The notes below the pieces were generated by a model, which was not told where the DNA came from, did not search any database, and saw only the letters and a list, made by a program, of their open reading frames with translations. A DNA stretch of 64,000 nucleotides from an uncultured Verrucomicrobiae bacterium (lineage in GTDB: Bacteria; Verrucomicrobiota; Verrucomicrobiia; Chthoniobacterales; UBA10450), in assembly GCA_963789045.1 (NCBI GenBank), contig CAWBIP010000007.1, forward strand, positions 19,976-83,975, given 5' to 3'. A program made the position numbers and the translations under genes. The number at the start of each line of letters is the position of its first letter. Positions within the stretch are counted from its first letter, which is position 1. Positions 20,454 to 29,949 of the stretch are shown here, in pieces.

Positions 20454-21566
20454 TCAGAAGCGTGCGCTCTTCATCGTCATTGATGCGTTTACCAAAGGCT
20501 CTGCCTTCATCCGGTTTCCGTTATCATTCACGTGAACCGCATCGCGAAAGAGCTGATTGTCCTTTCCCGTCATCAGCTTGTCCAGATCTACGAACGGGAG
20601 CCGATCATGGTTCGCGGCGATGGATCTCAACACTTCGTTGAATTGATCGATACCGTTGAGAGGACTGTAACGTTCATCCGTCGCGTGGGGCATTGTCGTG
20701 AGACGATTTTTGATCTGCCGCGCACTAGCGACATCGATGATGGTTTCGATGTTACGTCGAAAGACCCCGAGCTCACGCGCATTCTCCGCACGTTGAGGCT
20801 CTTTCCGGCGGATCTGCGAGGCGGCTTCTACGAACATCCACTCCGGATTTGGGTTCAGGTAAAACTTCAACGCCCGGTAGGAAACGCTTACTCGGAGGAT
20901 GTATCTATCAATAATCCGCGGCGGCTGAAAGACCTTCAGATAATGCGAATAGTCATCTCTAAACTCTGCCTCGGGGGCACGCGCGTGCTCATCGTTTGCA
21001 GCTTGGTGAATGATAATATAGTCAGGGGCAAAGTCAATGACGTTCAAGACAAAATTCACGAGAACATGCGCGCTTGTCCAGTAGCCTACGCCAAAGTTCA
21101 TCACTTCGAATCGGTTGGATTGAGCCGCAACTCTGGCATTGAGGTATTCTTCCAACATGGCGGGGTAGCCATCGGCAGTTGTCGACGCGCCGAGAGCGGC
21201 AATGCGAATAACTCCTGGAGGCTTGGCGTAGGCAAAGTCACGACCGACAAAGCCGAAGTTATTGAAGTACTTAGGTTCCCGGGTCTCCTCGTCGCCGCGA
21301 CCTCCTGGCTTTAGCACACGATATATCTCGCCGGTTCTTGATGGTATGCCGTTGAACTGAAGGAAGGGATGGCCAGTCATTCTCCGGAGCTCGTCATAGG
21401 TCCAGGCGGCCCTACGTGCTAGACTGACTTCCTTGTTTGGGAAGAACAGCTTCACGGCAGAACGGGCACCGAGTTCTACTGAGATTAAAACGAGCAGGTT
21501 AAACAATACGAAGTAAACCCAAGTCGGGCGTAAACGGCCGAAGAAACCATAGAGGCTGATGGACAT
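20454..21566 (-). CDS. Membrane-anchored SGNH/GDSL-like hydrolase or acyl-esterase
   Basis: 370-aa ORF with an N-terminal TM segment (WVYFVLFNLLVLISV). SGNH-like blocks present: IRIAALGASTTADGY (block I), IIIHQAANDEH (block III-like), FRDAVHVNDNG (D-x-x-H block V). Confidence 0.55.
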   Translation of the reverse strand: MSISLYGFFGRLRPTWVYFVLFNLLVLISVELGARSAVKLFFPNKEVSLARRAAWTYDELRRMTGHPFLQFNGIPSRTGEIYRVLKPGGRGDEETREPKYFNNFGFVGRDFAYAKPPGVIRIAALGASTTADGYPAMLEEYLNARVAAQSNRFEVMNFGVGYWTSAHVLVNFVLNVIDFAPDYIIIHQAANDEHARAPEAEFRDDYSHYLKVFQPPRIIDRYILRVSVSYRALKFYLNPNPEWMFVEAASQIRRKEPQRAENARELGVFRRNIETIIDVASARQIKNRLTTMPHATDERYSPLNGIDQFNEVLRSIAANHDRLPFVDLDKLMTGKDNQLFRDAVHVNDNGNRMKAEPLVNASMTMKSARF

Positions 21567-21601
21567 CAGAGATTACTGAGGCGATCCACAGGACCACTCT
21601 C

Positions 21602-21808
21602 TCACCTTGAAAGAGGTACAGCATTGCGAAGAAATCTCTCGAATATCGGCGGTGCGATGAGAAGGCTGATTATGAGAGCATAACCGCTGACGAATTTCCT
21701 GAAGGCGCCCATAGTCCGCTCAACGGCTGCCGATGTCTTTATTCTCCTGGTGTTCGTGGTCATTGTTCGATTGTCTCCAGATTGCGAGATCTTTTCTTGT
21801 GTGCTCAT
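21602..21808 (-). CDS. Hypothetical small membrane protein
   Basis: 68-aa ORF filling the gap between carB and the SGNH-like gene. It has one hydrophobic segment (GYALIISLLIAPPIF) and no recognisable family. Confidence 0.25.
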   Translation of the reverse strand: MSTQEKISQSGDNRTMTTNTRRIKTSAAVERTMGAFRKFVSGYALIISLLIAPPIFERFLRNAVPLSR

Positions 21809-21825
21809 TTTCTTCTTACGCTCCT

Positions 21826-24800
21826 TCAGTATGCCTGCAGCTCCTTGATACCGAGATCAACAGCTTGCTTTCGCGAAAGCGATTCAGCGAGCCGGTTTGC
21901 CAATTGAATATTTGTCAATAAAGGAATCCCGAAATCCACAGCCTTTCTCCGAATATAGTAATCGTTAGTTAACTCGATTTCCTGAAAGTTCTTGGGTATA
22001 TTGATCACTAGGTCTATTTTTCTTTGCTCGATGAGTTCACCCGCATTGGGAGAACGATTTTCCAATGGCCAGTGAACGACCACACTCTTGATGCCTTACC
22101 GACTCAGAAACTCCGCGGTTCCCTGAGTTGCAAAAAAGCCGATTCCCAGGCTTTCGAACAGCTTTGCGCCCTCGATAAAGGCTACCTTGTCTTTCAGTGT
22201 GCCGGTTGAGAGCAGAACGGTCCTTATTGGGAATTTGAAGCCGACCGAAATAAGAGCTTTCAAAAAGGCCTCTTCGAAATCATCGCCTAGGCAGCCAACT
22301 TCGCCGGTGGAAGCCATTTCCACTCCCACCGTTGGATCCGCACCTTGCAATCTCGTGAACGAAAAGTGCGGAGCTTTCACGCCGACGTAGTCCAAGTCAT
22401 GCCCTAGTCGCTCGACTTTGCTGATGGGGACTCCGAGAATCGCTTTCGTTGCAAGTTCGATGAAGTTCACTTTGCAGATTTTTGAAACAAACGGGAAACT
22501 TCGCGATGCCCGCAGGTTGGCTTCGATCACTTTGACGTTGGTGCCCTGGGCGAGATATTGGACGTTGAAGGGTCCCGTAATGTTTAGCGACTCAGCAATC
22601 CGGGCGGTGATTTTCTCGATATTGCGGATTACCTCCGGGAAGGTGCGTTGAGGCGGAATAACCAAAATTGCATCCCCTGAGTGAACTCCGGCGTTTTCCA
22701 CATGTTCGACTACGGCGAGAGCCAGGACCCGCCCGCATGATGCAACTGCATCTACTTCAATCTCCTTACTGTCTTCGAAGAACTTCGACACCACGACTGG
22801 ATGTTGTGGTGAAACATCGGCCGCCTTTTTTCACGAAAAGCTCACACTCCCTGGCGTTAGTTGCCACCCCCATGGCTGCGCCACTCAGAACGTAGGACGG
22901 CCGGAGAAGGATGGGATAGCCTGTATCCTCTGCAAAAGCCACCGCATCGCTGAGCGAGGAAACCTCCCGCCATGCCGGCTGATCCACTCCGATGGTATCT
23001 AGTAGGGTTGAAAACTTGTGTCGATCCTCCGCCCGATCGATATCGATCGGGGAAGTTCCAAGAACCTTGATGCCGGCCTGATGAAGCTGAAGAGCCAGAT
23101 TGTTCGGCGTCTGGCCACCCACCGAGACGATTACTCCGACGCAGCGCTCTCGCGCGTAGATATCCAACACCGTCTCCAGGCCGATTTCATCAAAATAAAG
23201 CCTGTCACACACGTCGTAATCCGTACCACAGTTTCCGGGTTACAATTCAGGAGGATCGAACGGTATCCCAACTTTCGGAGTGTGTAGGACGCATTCACAC
23301 AACACCAATCAAACTCTACCGAGCTGCCGATGCGGTAGGCCCCGGATCCGAGAATGAGGACGCTCTTACCTTCTTCCGCTTGAACGTCATCTTCTTCTCC
23401 GTTGAATGTTAGATAAAGATAATTCGTTTGCGCCGGGTATATTGCTGCCAGGGTATCAATCTGCCTAACGACGGGATGGATTCCCATATTTTCGCGCTGC
23501 CTGCAGACGATCTTTTCTTCTAATTTAAGGATGCGCGCGATCTGGCGATCGGAGAACCCCGCGCGCTTGGCTTCAACCAGAAGCCACTTTGGACAAGGTC
23601 CACCCCGGTAAGTCCTAAGACGGTCTTCGGTCTCCACCAGACCGCTGATACAATGCAGGAACCACGGGTCAATATGGGTGAGCTCGTGAATTTGCGCGAC
23701 GCTCAAACCATTCCGCATCGCTTCAGGAATCGCGAAAATGCGCTCGGAGTCCGGGCGTGCCAGCATTTCCTCTGGTCTGTTCGAATCTACCTGGCGTGTG
23801 GCAACGATTCCGTCGTGGCCGATAGCGAGCATTCGAACCGCTTTCTGTAATGCTTCCTCGAATGTTCTGCCAATGGCCATCACTTCGCCGACCGATTTCA
23901 TGCCGGAACCCAGGTAGTTGGAGACATCACGAAATTTCTTGAGATCCCATCGGGGAATTTTCACAACGACATAATCCAAGGCTGGCTCAAAGCATGCCGT
24001 TGTGGTTCCCGTCACAGAATTCTGAAGTTCAGTAAGGCTGTATCCCAGCGCAAGTTTCGTTGCTACATACGCGAGTGGATAACCGGTGGCTTTGGAGGCG
24101 AGAGCCGAGCTCCGGCTGAGACGAGCATTAACTTCAATCACGCGGTATGAGTCGGAATCCGGGTCGAGGGCGAATTGCACATTGCATTCACCGACGACCT
24201 TCAGGTGCCGAATAATGCGAATGGAAAGCTCCCTGAGGCGATGATAATCTTGATTTGTGAGAGTTTGACTGGGGGCGACGACAATGCTTTCTCCGGTATG
24301 GATTCCCAGAGGATCAAAGTTCTCCATGTTGCAGACGGTGATGCAATTATCCGACTCGTCCCGGACCACTTCATATTCCACTTCCTTCCAGCCGTTAAGA
24401 TACTCCTCCACCAAAACCTGCGGCGAGTAGGCTAAGGCTTTTTTTACTCGCTCCTCCAGATCAGCTTCGTCCTTGCACATACCCGAGCCCAATCCTCCCA
24501 GGGCAAACGCGATTCTGACCATTATTGGATAACCAATCTGCCGGGCAGCGTTCTTGGCCTCTTCCAGACTCCCGGCTGCTTGCGAACGGGGAGTGTCGAC
24601 ATCGATCTGCTTCAGCCGTTTTACGAATAGGTCCCGGTCTTCTGTGTCACGGATTGCCTCAATCGGAGTGCCAAGCGCGCGCACGCCGTATCGCTTCAGC
24701 ACACCGCGGTCAGCGATTTCCAATCCACAATTCAGCGCTGTCTGGCCACCGAATCCCATAAGAATCCCATCAGGTTTCTCTTTCTCTATAACTCGCTCTG

Positions 24801-25026
24801 CAAAGTCCGCGTTTACTGGTAGGAGATACACGTGGTCCGCGAATTCTTCCGAAGTCTGGATAGTGGCAATGTTCGGATTGATTAGAACAGTGCTAATGCC
24901 CTCTTCTTTAAGAGCTTTGAGAGCCTGGCTTCCGGAGTAGTCGAACTCGCCGGCCTCGCCTATCTTCAAGGCCCCGCTGCCGAGCAGTAGAACTTTTTGG
25001 ATTTTGTTATCCATGGTCGAGCGCAT
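21826..25026 (-). pseudogene. carB: Carbamoyl-phosphate synthase large subunit, broken into 4 pieces (two 1-nt indels plus one in-frame TAA)
   Basis: ORFs 23131..25026, 22766..23212, 22096..22794 and 21826..22083 are collinear with CarB (KIGEAGEFDYSGSQALKALKEEGI...NCNPETV / [13 protein letters not shown]...FVKK / [18 protein letters not shown]...ATQGTAEFLSR * GIKSVVVHWPLEN...). One base is missing near 23221-23229. There is an extra A in the A6 run (plus-strand T6 at 22826-22831). An in-frame TAA lies at 22096-22098. Confidence 0.85.
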
Positions 25027-26149
25027 CTAGAAATGAATCAAAGACAAACGACGCCTCTGTAGGTCCCGGATTCGCTTCCGGATGAAATTGCACAGAGAAG
25101 ATCGGCTGCTCTCGATGCCGCATTCCCTCGTTGGTGCCATCGTTCGCATTAAAGAACCATGGTTTCCATTCCAGAGGCAACGTTTTCTCGTTTACAGCGA
25201 AACCATGGTTCTGCGACGTTATGAAGCAACGCTTAGTTCCCACTTGAATGCAGGGTTGGTTCTGGCTCCGATGTCCGTACTTCAACTTGAAGGTATCGGC
25301 GCCGGCAGCCAGTGCCAGCAGTTGATGTCCGAGGCAGATTCCAAGGATCGGAATATCTCTTCTTAGACCTTTGCGAAGGACCGTTAAAGCGTCGACGCAC
25401 ATTTTGGGATCTCCGGGTCCGTTCGACAGAACAACTCCGTCAACTACCTCCTCGGACCAGTCGTAATTCCAAGGCACCCTCAAAACATCCAGCCGCTTGT
25501 TAACCAGATGACGGAGGATGCTCTCCTTGCACCCAAAATCGACCAGGATAACCTTCTTTTGTCCCGATCCCGGATAAAATCTGGGTCTCTCCAAACTTGC
25601 GTCTGCTACAAGGTTACGCTCGTTAGGGTCCTCCCAAGCGACGTCCTTATCGTCAACCACGATCTTTCCCAGCATTATTCCCTGATTTCTTAGCTTCTTC
25701 GTTAACATGCGGGTGTCGATGTTACATATGCCTGGAATGTTTTGACGCTGCATCCATAAATCTAAGGAATCCAGCGCGGACCAGTGGCTGTAGTGCTTCG
25801 AAAGCGTGGCAATAATGAGTCCACTGATTTGAATTCGGTTGCTTTCAAGGAATTCAGGAATGCCGAGGTCATTTTCGCCGAACTTTGTTTCTGCGTTGAC
25901 CGGAACTCCATAGTTCCCGATTAAAGGATACGTCAGCACCAAAACTTGACCCCGGTAGGACGGGTCAGTCATGGCTTCGGGATAACCAACCATTCCGGTA
26001 TTGAATACAACCTCGCCGGCCGTCGAGCGGCGTGACCCGAAGTGCTCTCCAGTGAGGCGACTGCCGTCTTGCAGCAACAATTCCACTTTCGATATGTCGG
26101 CTCGTCGACCTAAAGGGGTGCTACTGTGAATTGTGCTGTTCACTGGCAA
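25007..26149 (-). CDS. carA: Carbamoyl-phosphate synthase small (glutaminase) subunit
   Basis: Intact 380-aa ORF with MTDPSYRGQVLVLTYPLIGNYGV and the GATase motif PILGICLGHQLLALAAG...FHPE. Its stop overlaps the carB start. Confidence 0.9.
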   Translation of the reverse strand: MPVNSTIHSSTPLGRRADISKVELLLQDGSRLTGEHFGSRRSTAGEVVFNTGMVGYPEAMTDPSYRGQVLVLTYPLIGNYGVPVNAETKFGENDLGIPEFLESNRIQISGLIIATLSKHYSHWSALDSLDLWMQRQNIPGICNIDTRMLTKKLRNQGIMLGKIVVDDKDVAWEDPNERNLVADASLERPRFYPGSGQKKVILVDFGCKESILRHLVNKRLDVLRVPWNYDWSEEVVDGVVLSNGPGDPKMCVDALTVLRKGLRRDIPILGICLGHQLLALAAGADTFKLKYGHRSQNQPCIQVGTKRCFITSQNHGFAVNEKTLPLEWKPWFFNANDGTNEGMRHREQPIFSVQFHPEANPGPTEASFVFDSFLDALDHG

Positions 26150-26212
26150 AACGTTCTGAAAGTGCTTAACGAGACAGCGCCGAAGAATAGCGATTGGAGG
26201 GTCCCGCGAGCG

Positions 26213-26401
26213 TTAGTCGAACTTAAACGCAGTTTCCCAATCGGCTCTTCGGTAATTTCGGGTATTGTTCCGGAAGAGAAACCATCCGCCCAGCAGCAGA
26301 AACACGCCGCCGACAACAAGCCCGAACTTTCGCAGATCGCGGGTCCTGGTTAAGAGCTGCTGGAGGTCGGAAATCGTGAGTGCCCAGTTTTTGTCTGGTG
26401 G
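26213..26401 (-). other. Start-less 62-codon reading frame, in phase with and directly after the TGA of the carbamoyltransferase fusion; encodes an SxtJ-N-terminus-like TM segment
   Basis: Codon-by-codon reading gives TGA(26402-26404)-PPDKNWALTISDLQQLLTRTRDLRKFGLVVGGVFLLLGGWFLFRNNTRNYRRADWETAFKFD-TAA(26213-26215). There is no ATG, GTG or TTG in this frame. LRKFGLVVGGVFLLLG matches my recollection of the SxtJ-family N-terminal motif. Confidence 0.4.
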
Positions 26402-29242
26402 TCAACGGCGACGGCTAATGACGATGAAAAAGCCGCCTTCGCGATACCCGCTCGATAACGAACACAACTGACTCCAAACGCGGCTTGCTAGCGTGCCGCG
26501 ATCCTTTGGCTCGAACAGGCCCTCGTCCGGCGTGAGTTGCGGCCCGCCAGCCGGTTTGGGAATGGCGTTCACGAATTCGAGGTTGTTCTCCTCCAACCAG
26601 CTGAAGACCTCACCGAGCGTGTGGCAGCTTTCATGCGGATGGCAGTATTGATCTTGGAACCATGCTTCGCGCTTGCCCTCAGCTGCGACACGGCCAAAAT
26701 GTGGATCGAGCAAGCGGCTGGTCACACCAGTCAGGCGGAACAACGCGCGCCGCGCATAATGAAGCTGCCGGCTGTAAGCGTGGTAGAGGCCAACCAGAAC
26801 GTAGCCGCCAGGTTTGGCAAGGCGGCTGATGCGGGCAAAGGCGCGCCGCGGATCATTAGTATGATGCAACACCCCATTGCTGATAACAAAGTCAAAGAAG
26901 CTGTCCCGCAACCCCGGCCGGAAGAGATTCATTTGCGCGAACGCGGCGCGGTCAATGCCATGCCTGATCGCGAACTCGTGTGCCAGCGCGAGCGAATTCC
27001 CGCACATGTCCGTCCCCAGCACGCTGCGATGCGCGATTGCCAGGAAGTTCGTGAGCTGCCCCGTGCCGCAACCGATTTCGACGACGCGTGCGTCGAAGGG
27101 AATCTGTTCGTTGAGCAGGCGCGCGAAAAGGCCGCTACCCGCTTTTTGCAGCAGCGCGCGGACGTTGTCCACGTCATCGTAGTTTGGAAAGGGCGTTTTC
27201 TCGTAGAACTTGCGGACGATGTCAGTGACGTTTGCACCGTCGAGCTCCTTGTCCTCCGTCGGTAAAAACAGACGTGGGATGCCATCCTCGACTTCATAGC
27301 GCGTGCCGGTGGCGGGATTGAGAGCGCCTGTTGCTGTGACGATGAGCGGATCGCCCGTGCGCGGATCAGCATAAGGAGAATCAGGGTCTGGTCCGCTTGC
27401 CCCTTCATCGGTCCACGCGCGAAAGCCCACAGGCTGTTCGTCCTTTTGCAGCACGAAATTTTCCAGCACCAATAGATCCATCTCGGATTGCATGAAGGTG
27501 CTATAAGCTTCTTGCGGGGTACACACGATCGGCTCCGTTGATAAATTGAAGCTGGTATTAACGATAACGCCGTAGCCAGTAAGCGCCTTAAACTCCCGAA
27601 TCAGTCGCCAATATCGCGGATTAACGTCTTGGGACACGCTTTGAATCCGGGCCGAGTAATCGATGTGCGTGATGGAAGGAATATCTGACCGCAGAAAGTA
27701 AAGACGTTCGTACAGGCCTTTTTCGTGATAATCACTCGGTGCTGTGATTCTCTTCTCCGTCCGAACGGGAGCTACTAGTAGCATATAGGGAGAAGGACGA
27801 TCCAATTCGAAATAAGTCTGGATGTCCTCCTCCAAAACGCTGGGCGCAAATGGCCGGAAGCCTTCGCGATATTTGATTTTTACGTTGAGCTTCTTTTGCA
27901 TCTCAGGGTTGCGTGGGTCACCCAGGATGCTGCGGTTACCCAGCGCTCGCGGACCGTATTCCATCCGTCCTTGGAACCAACCGATCACTTTGCCATCGGC
28001 TAGCCTCGTCGCTACAAGTTTTGCCAGCTCATCAAAGCTATCATAATAGGTGAAAACTGCTCCACAATTGCCAAGGATTCGCTCAATCTCCCTGTCCGAA
28101 AACGATGGTCCGAGATACGCGCCGTGCATGGCGTCGGGGCAACAGTTGAGGATCCGCCTATTGCCTTCCCGAATATACCACACCGCGTAAGCCGCCCCGA
28201 GCGCCCCGCCCGCGTCGCCTGCGGCGGGTTGAATCCAGATGTCCTCAAACATACCTGAGCGCAGCAATTTCCCGTTCGCAACACAATTGAGCGCTACACC
28301 TCCAGCCAGCACGAGATACCTGCTCTTGGTAAGTCTCGCGGCTGTCTGGCAAAGCCTCATGACAATCTCTTCCGTCACCTGCTGAATCGCCAGGGCCATA
28401 TCCATGTAAACCTGCGAAATCTCCGATTCCATCCTTCGCCGTGGCACGCCAAAAAGCTGCTCCCATTTGTCCTCGAAAACCATTCTAAGGCCAGTGGCAT
28501 AGCTGAAGTAATCCATGTTAAGGAGAATCGAACCATCCTCTCGGATATCCACGAGATCGGTTTTAATTTTCCGGACAAAATCCTTCAGTCGAGGCGACTC
28601 AGGATTGCCGTAAGGCGCCAGCCCCATAAGCTTGTATTCGCCGCTATTCACCTCGAAACCTGTGTAGTAGGTGAAAGCGGAGTAAAGGAGCCCGACCGAG
28701 TGCGGGAAGTGCAGTTCCTTCAGTAGTGTGATCTTGTTTCCCTGGCCGTGCCCGATGGTGGTGGTGGCCCATTCCCCGACACCATCTATTGTAACAATGG
28801 CGGCTTCCTCGAATGGCGACGGATAGAAGGCGCTTGCGGCATGGGACAAATGGTGTTCGGGATAATAAATCGGCACCTTCCCATCCCCGAGCGTTCCCAA
28901 TTGCTCCTTCAGCAGTCTTTTCATGAAGAGTTTCTCTTTAATCCAAACAGGGATAGCAGATTGAAAACTGACCAAGCCCCGCGGAGAAAAACCGTGATAC
29001 GTCTCCAAGAGCCGCTCGAATTTCAGGAATGGTTTGTCATAAAAGGCTACCGCGGTAAGATCCTTGTAATCCATACCGGCCTCCTGGAGCACGTATCGAA
29101 CGGCATTAATTGGGAACGAGGAATCGTGCTTTTTCCGGGTAAATCTCTCTTCATGCGCTGCCGCCGCAATTTCACCGTTAATCAGAAGCGCAGCTGCGCT
29201 ATCGTGATAAAAGGCTGATATGCCGAGAATCGTGTTTCTCAC
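26402..29242 (-). CDS. Tri-domain fusion: NodU/CmcH-type carbamoyltransferase + Trm112-like linker + class I SAM methyltransferase
   Basis: Intact 946-aa ORF with a GTG start. It begins (M)RNTILGISAFYHDSAAALL and contains YPEHHLSHAASAFY, ALNCVANGK and TSFNLSTEPIVCTPQEA (carbamoyltransferase, about 1-590). Next comes DPLIVTATGALNPATGTRYEVEDGIPRLFLP (Trm112-like), then VVEIGCGTGQLTNFLA...ISNGVLHHT...AKPGGYVLVGLY (methyltransferase). Confidence 0.85.
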   Translation of the reverse strand: MRNTILGISAFYHDSAAALLINGEIAAAAHEERFTRKKHDSSFPINAVRYVLQEAGMDYKDLTAVAFYDKPFLKFERLLETYHGFSPRGLVSFQSAIPVWIKEKLFMKRLLKEQLGTLGDGKVPIYYPEHHLSHAASAFYPSPFEEAAIVTIDGVGEWATTTIGHGQGNKITLLKELHFPHSVGLLYSAFTYYTGFEVNSGEYKLMGLAPYGNPESPRLKDFVRKIKTDLVDIREDGSILLNMDYFSYATGLRMVFEDKWEQLFGVPRRRMESEISQVYMDMALAIQQVTEEIVMRLCQTAARLTKSRYLVLAGGVALNCVANGKLLRSGMFEDIWIQPAAGDAGGALGAAYAVWYIREGNRRILNCCPDAMHGAYLGPSFSDREIERILGNCGAVFTYYDSFDELAKLVATRLADGKVIGWFQGRMEYGPRALGNRSILGDPRNPEMQKKLNVKIKYREGFRPFAPSVLEEDIQTYFELDRPSPYMLLVAPVRTEKRITAPSDYHEKGLYERLYFLRSDIPSITHIDYSARIQSVSQDVNPRYWRLIREFKALTGYGVIVNTSFNLSTEPIVCTPQEAYSTFMQSEMDLLVLENFVLQKDEQPVGFRAWTDEGASGPDPDSPYADPRTGDPLIVTATGALNPATGTRYEVEDGIPRLFLPTEDKELDGANVTDIVRKFYEKTPFPNYDDVDNVRALLQKAGSGLFARLLNEQIPFDARVVEIGCGTGQLTNFLAIAHRSVLGTDMCGNSLALAHEFAIRHGIDRAAFAQMNLFRPGLRDSFFDFVISNGVLHHTNDPRRAFARISRLAKPGGYVLVGLYHAYSRQLHYARRALFRLTGVTSRLLDPHFGRVAAEGKREAWFQDQYCHPHESCHTLGEVFSWLEENNLEFVNAIPKPAGGPQLTPDEGLFEPKDRGTLASRVWSQLCSLSSGYREGGFFIVISRRR

Positions 29243-29302
29243 CGTTGTTCCTTTCGAAGCCGCACTTACATTTTTCCCCGAGCCTGGCGCTCCCTCATCG
29301 AG

Positions 29303-29452
29303 CTAAAACAGGGTGTAGATGAACGGGGCAATAGCCGATCCGGCCGTTAGGACGATAAGCACGCCAAAGGTGAGTAAGATCACAATAAGCGGCAATAACC
29401 AGAACTTCTTCCTTAGGCGCAGAAAACCCCAAAGGTCTTTAATGAATTCCAT
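29303..29452 (-). CDS. DUF5989 / SxtK-like small membrane protein (49 aa)
   Basis: Below the ORF-track length cut-off and found by hand: MEFIKDLWGFLRLRKKFWLLPLIVILLTFGVLIVLTAGSAIAPFIYTLF-stop. The KKFWLLP...PFIYTLF pattern is what I recall for the small proteins that accompany carbamoyltransferases. 150 nt equals 49 codons plus a stop. Confidence 0.7.
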   Translation of the reverse strand: MEFIKDLWGFLRLRKKFWLLPLIVILLTFGVLIVLTAGSAIAPFIYTLF

Positions 29453-29469
29453 AATTAGTTTTTTCTCTT

Positions 29470-29874
29470 TTAATACGGTTTCTCTATGTCTTTTCCAGTG
29501 AAAATATGATTTCTAATGACCATCACCGAATTTTCACCAGACTTGAAGTCCCTCAGTTTCAGGGAATCAAACCCCAGAAGTTTCCGTGCCAGGCCAATCG
29601 GGGTCACTACGCCAAAGAAAACCAGCGTTAAAAGGATTTTGGAGACCACTGTGCCCAACAGGTGGGAGAGACCCAGCCACAAAACGGCCACCGGCCGATA
29701 AAACTGAGGAAACGTCATGTCTGCCACGAGAGCGACGATCGCTATGGTAACAAGAGTTTCCCGTTTGAAAGCGCCGCTGAAGAGCAAAAGCAAAAGCACC
29801 ATGGCCATGCCGGTGTCTTTGCTTTGCTCTTTCGTGATGGTCCGCTTAAACGATTCGGCGACGATTTTTTTCAT
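29470..29874 (-). CDS. SxtJ-family membrane protein
   Basis: 134-aa ORF. LWLGLSHLLGTVVSKILLTLVFFGVVTPIGLARKLLGFDSLKL matches the conserved C-terminal core of SxtJ-like proteins. It lies immediately upstream of the SxtK-like ORF and the carbamoyltransferase. Confidence 0.65.
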   Translation of the reverse strand: MKKIVAESFKRTITKEQSKDTGMAMVLLLLLFSGAFKRETLVTIAIVALVADMTFPQFYRPVAVLWLGLSHLLGTVVSKILLTLVFFGVVTPIGLARKLLGFDSLKLRDFKSGENSVMVIRNHIFTGKDIEKPY

Positions 29875-29949
29875 GGAAATTCCATATTGACCGATGAACG
29901 CCCCTCCAACCCTGCTAGTTCATCTCGATGAGTTTCCGCTGGATGAGTT

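Noticed and set aside
20532-21314. Long plus-strand ORFs antisense to minus-strand genes: 20532..21314 (260 aa), 26537..27265 (242 aa), 31189..31902, 31718..32563 (281 aa), 38539..39150, 39283..39888, 56363..57028 and 57707..58576 (289 aa).
   Set aside because: Each lies entirely within a strongly supported gene on the opposite strand (SGNH-like gene, methyltransferase domain, DegT, acyltransferase/GT4, FemAB-like, sufD, sufB). Their translations are Arg/Ser/His-rich and low in complexity with no motifs. This is typical of shadow ORFs.
16369-22098. Reassignment of TAA to a sense codon as the explanation for the in-frame TAAs in the epimerase and carB.
   Set aside because: TAA is clearly used as a terminator by neighbouring intact genes, for example the GT4 gene at 4136-4138 and the acyltransferase at 31835-31837. 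Only isolated internal cases are seen. A nonsense mutation or an error is the simpler explanation.
22826-22831. Programmed ribosomal frameshifting at the A-rich run gtgAAAAAAggc in carB, which resembles the dnaX-type A AAA AAG slippery site.
   Set aside because: Restoring the CarB frame needs a +1 shift, not the -1 shift that this heptamer promotes. carB is not known to be recoded. The same gene has two other lesions. An extra A in a homopolymer is the simpler reading.
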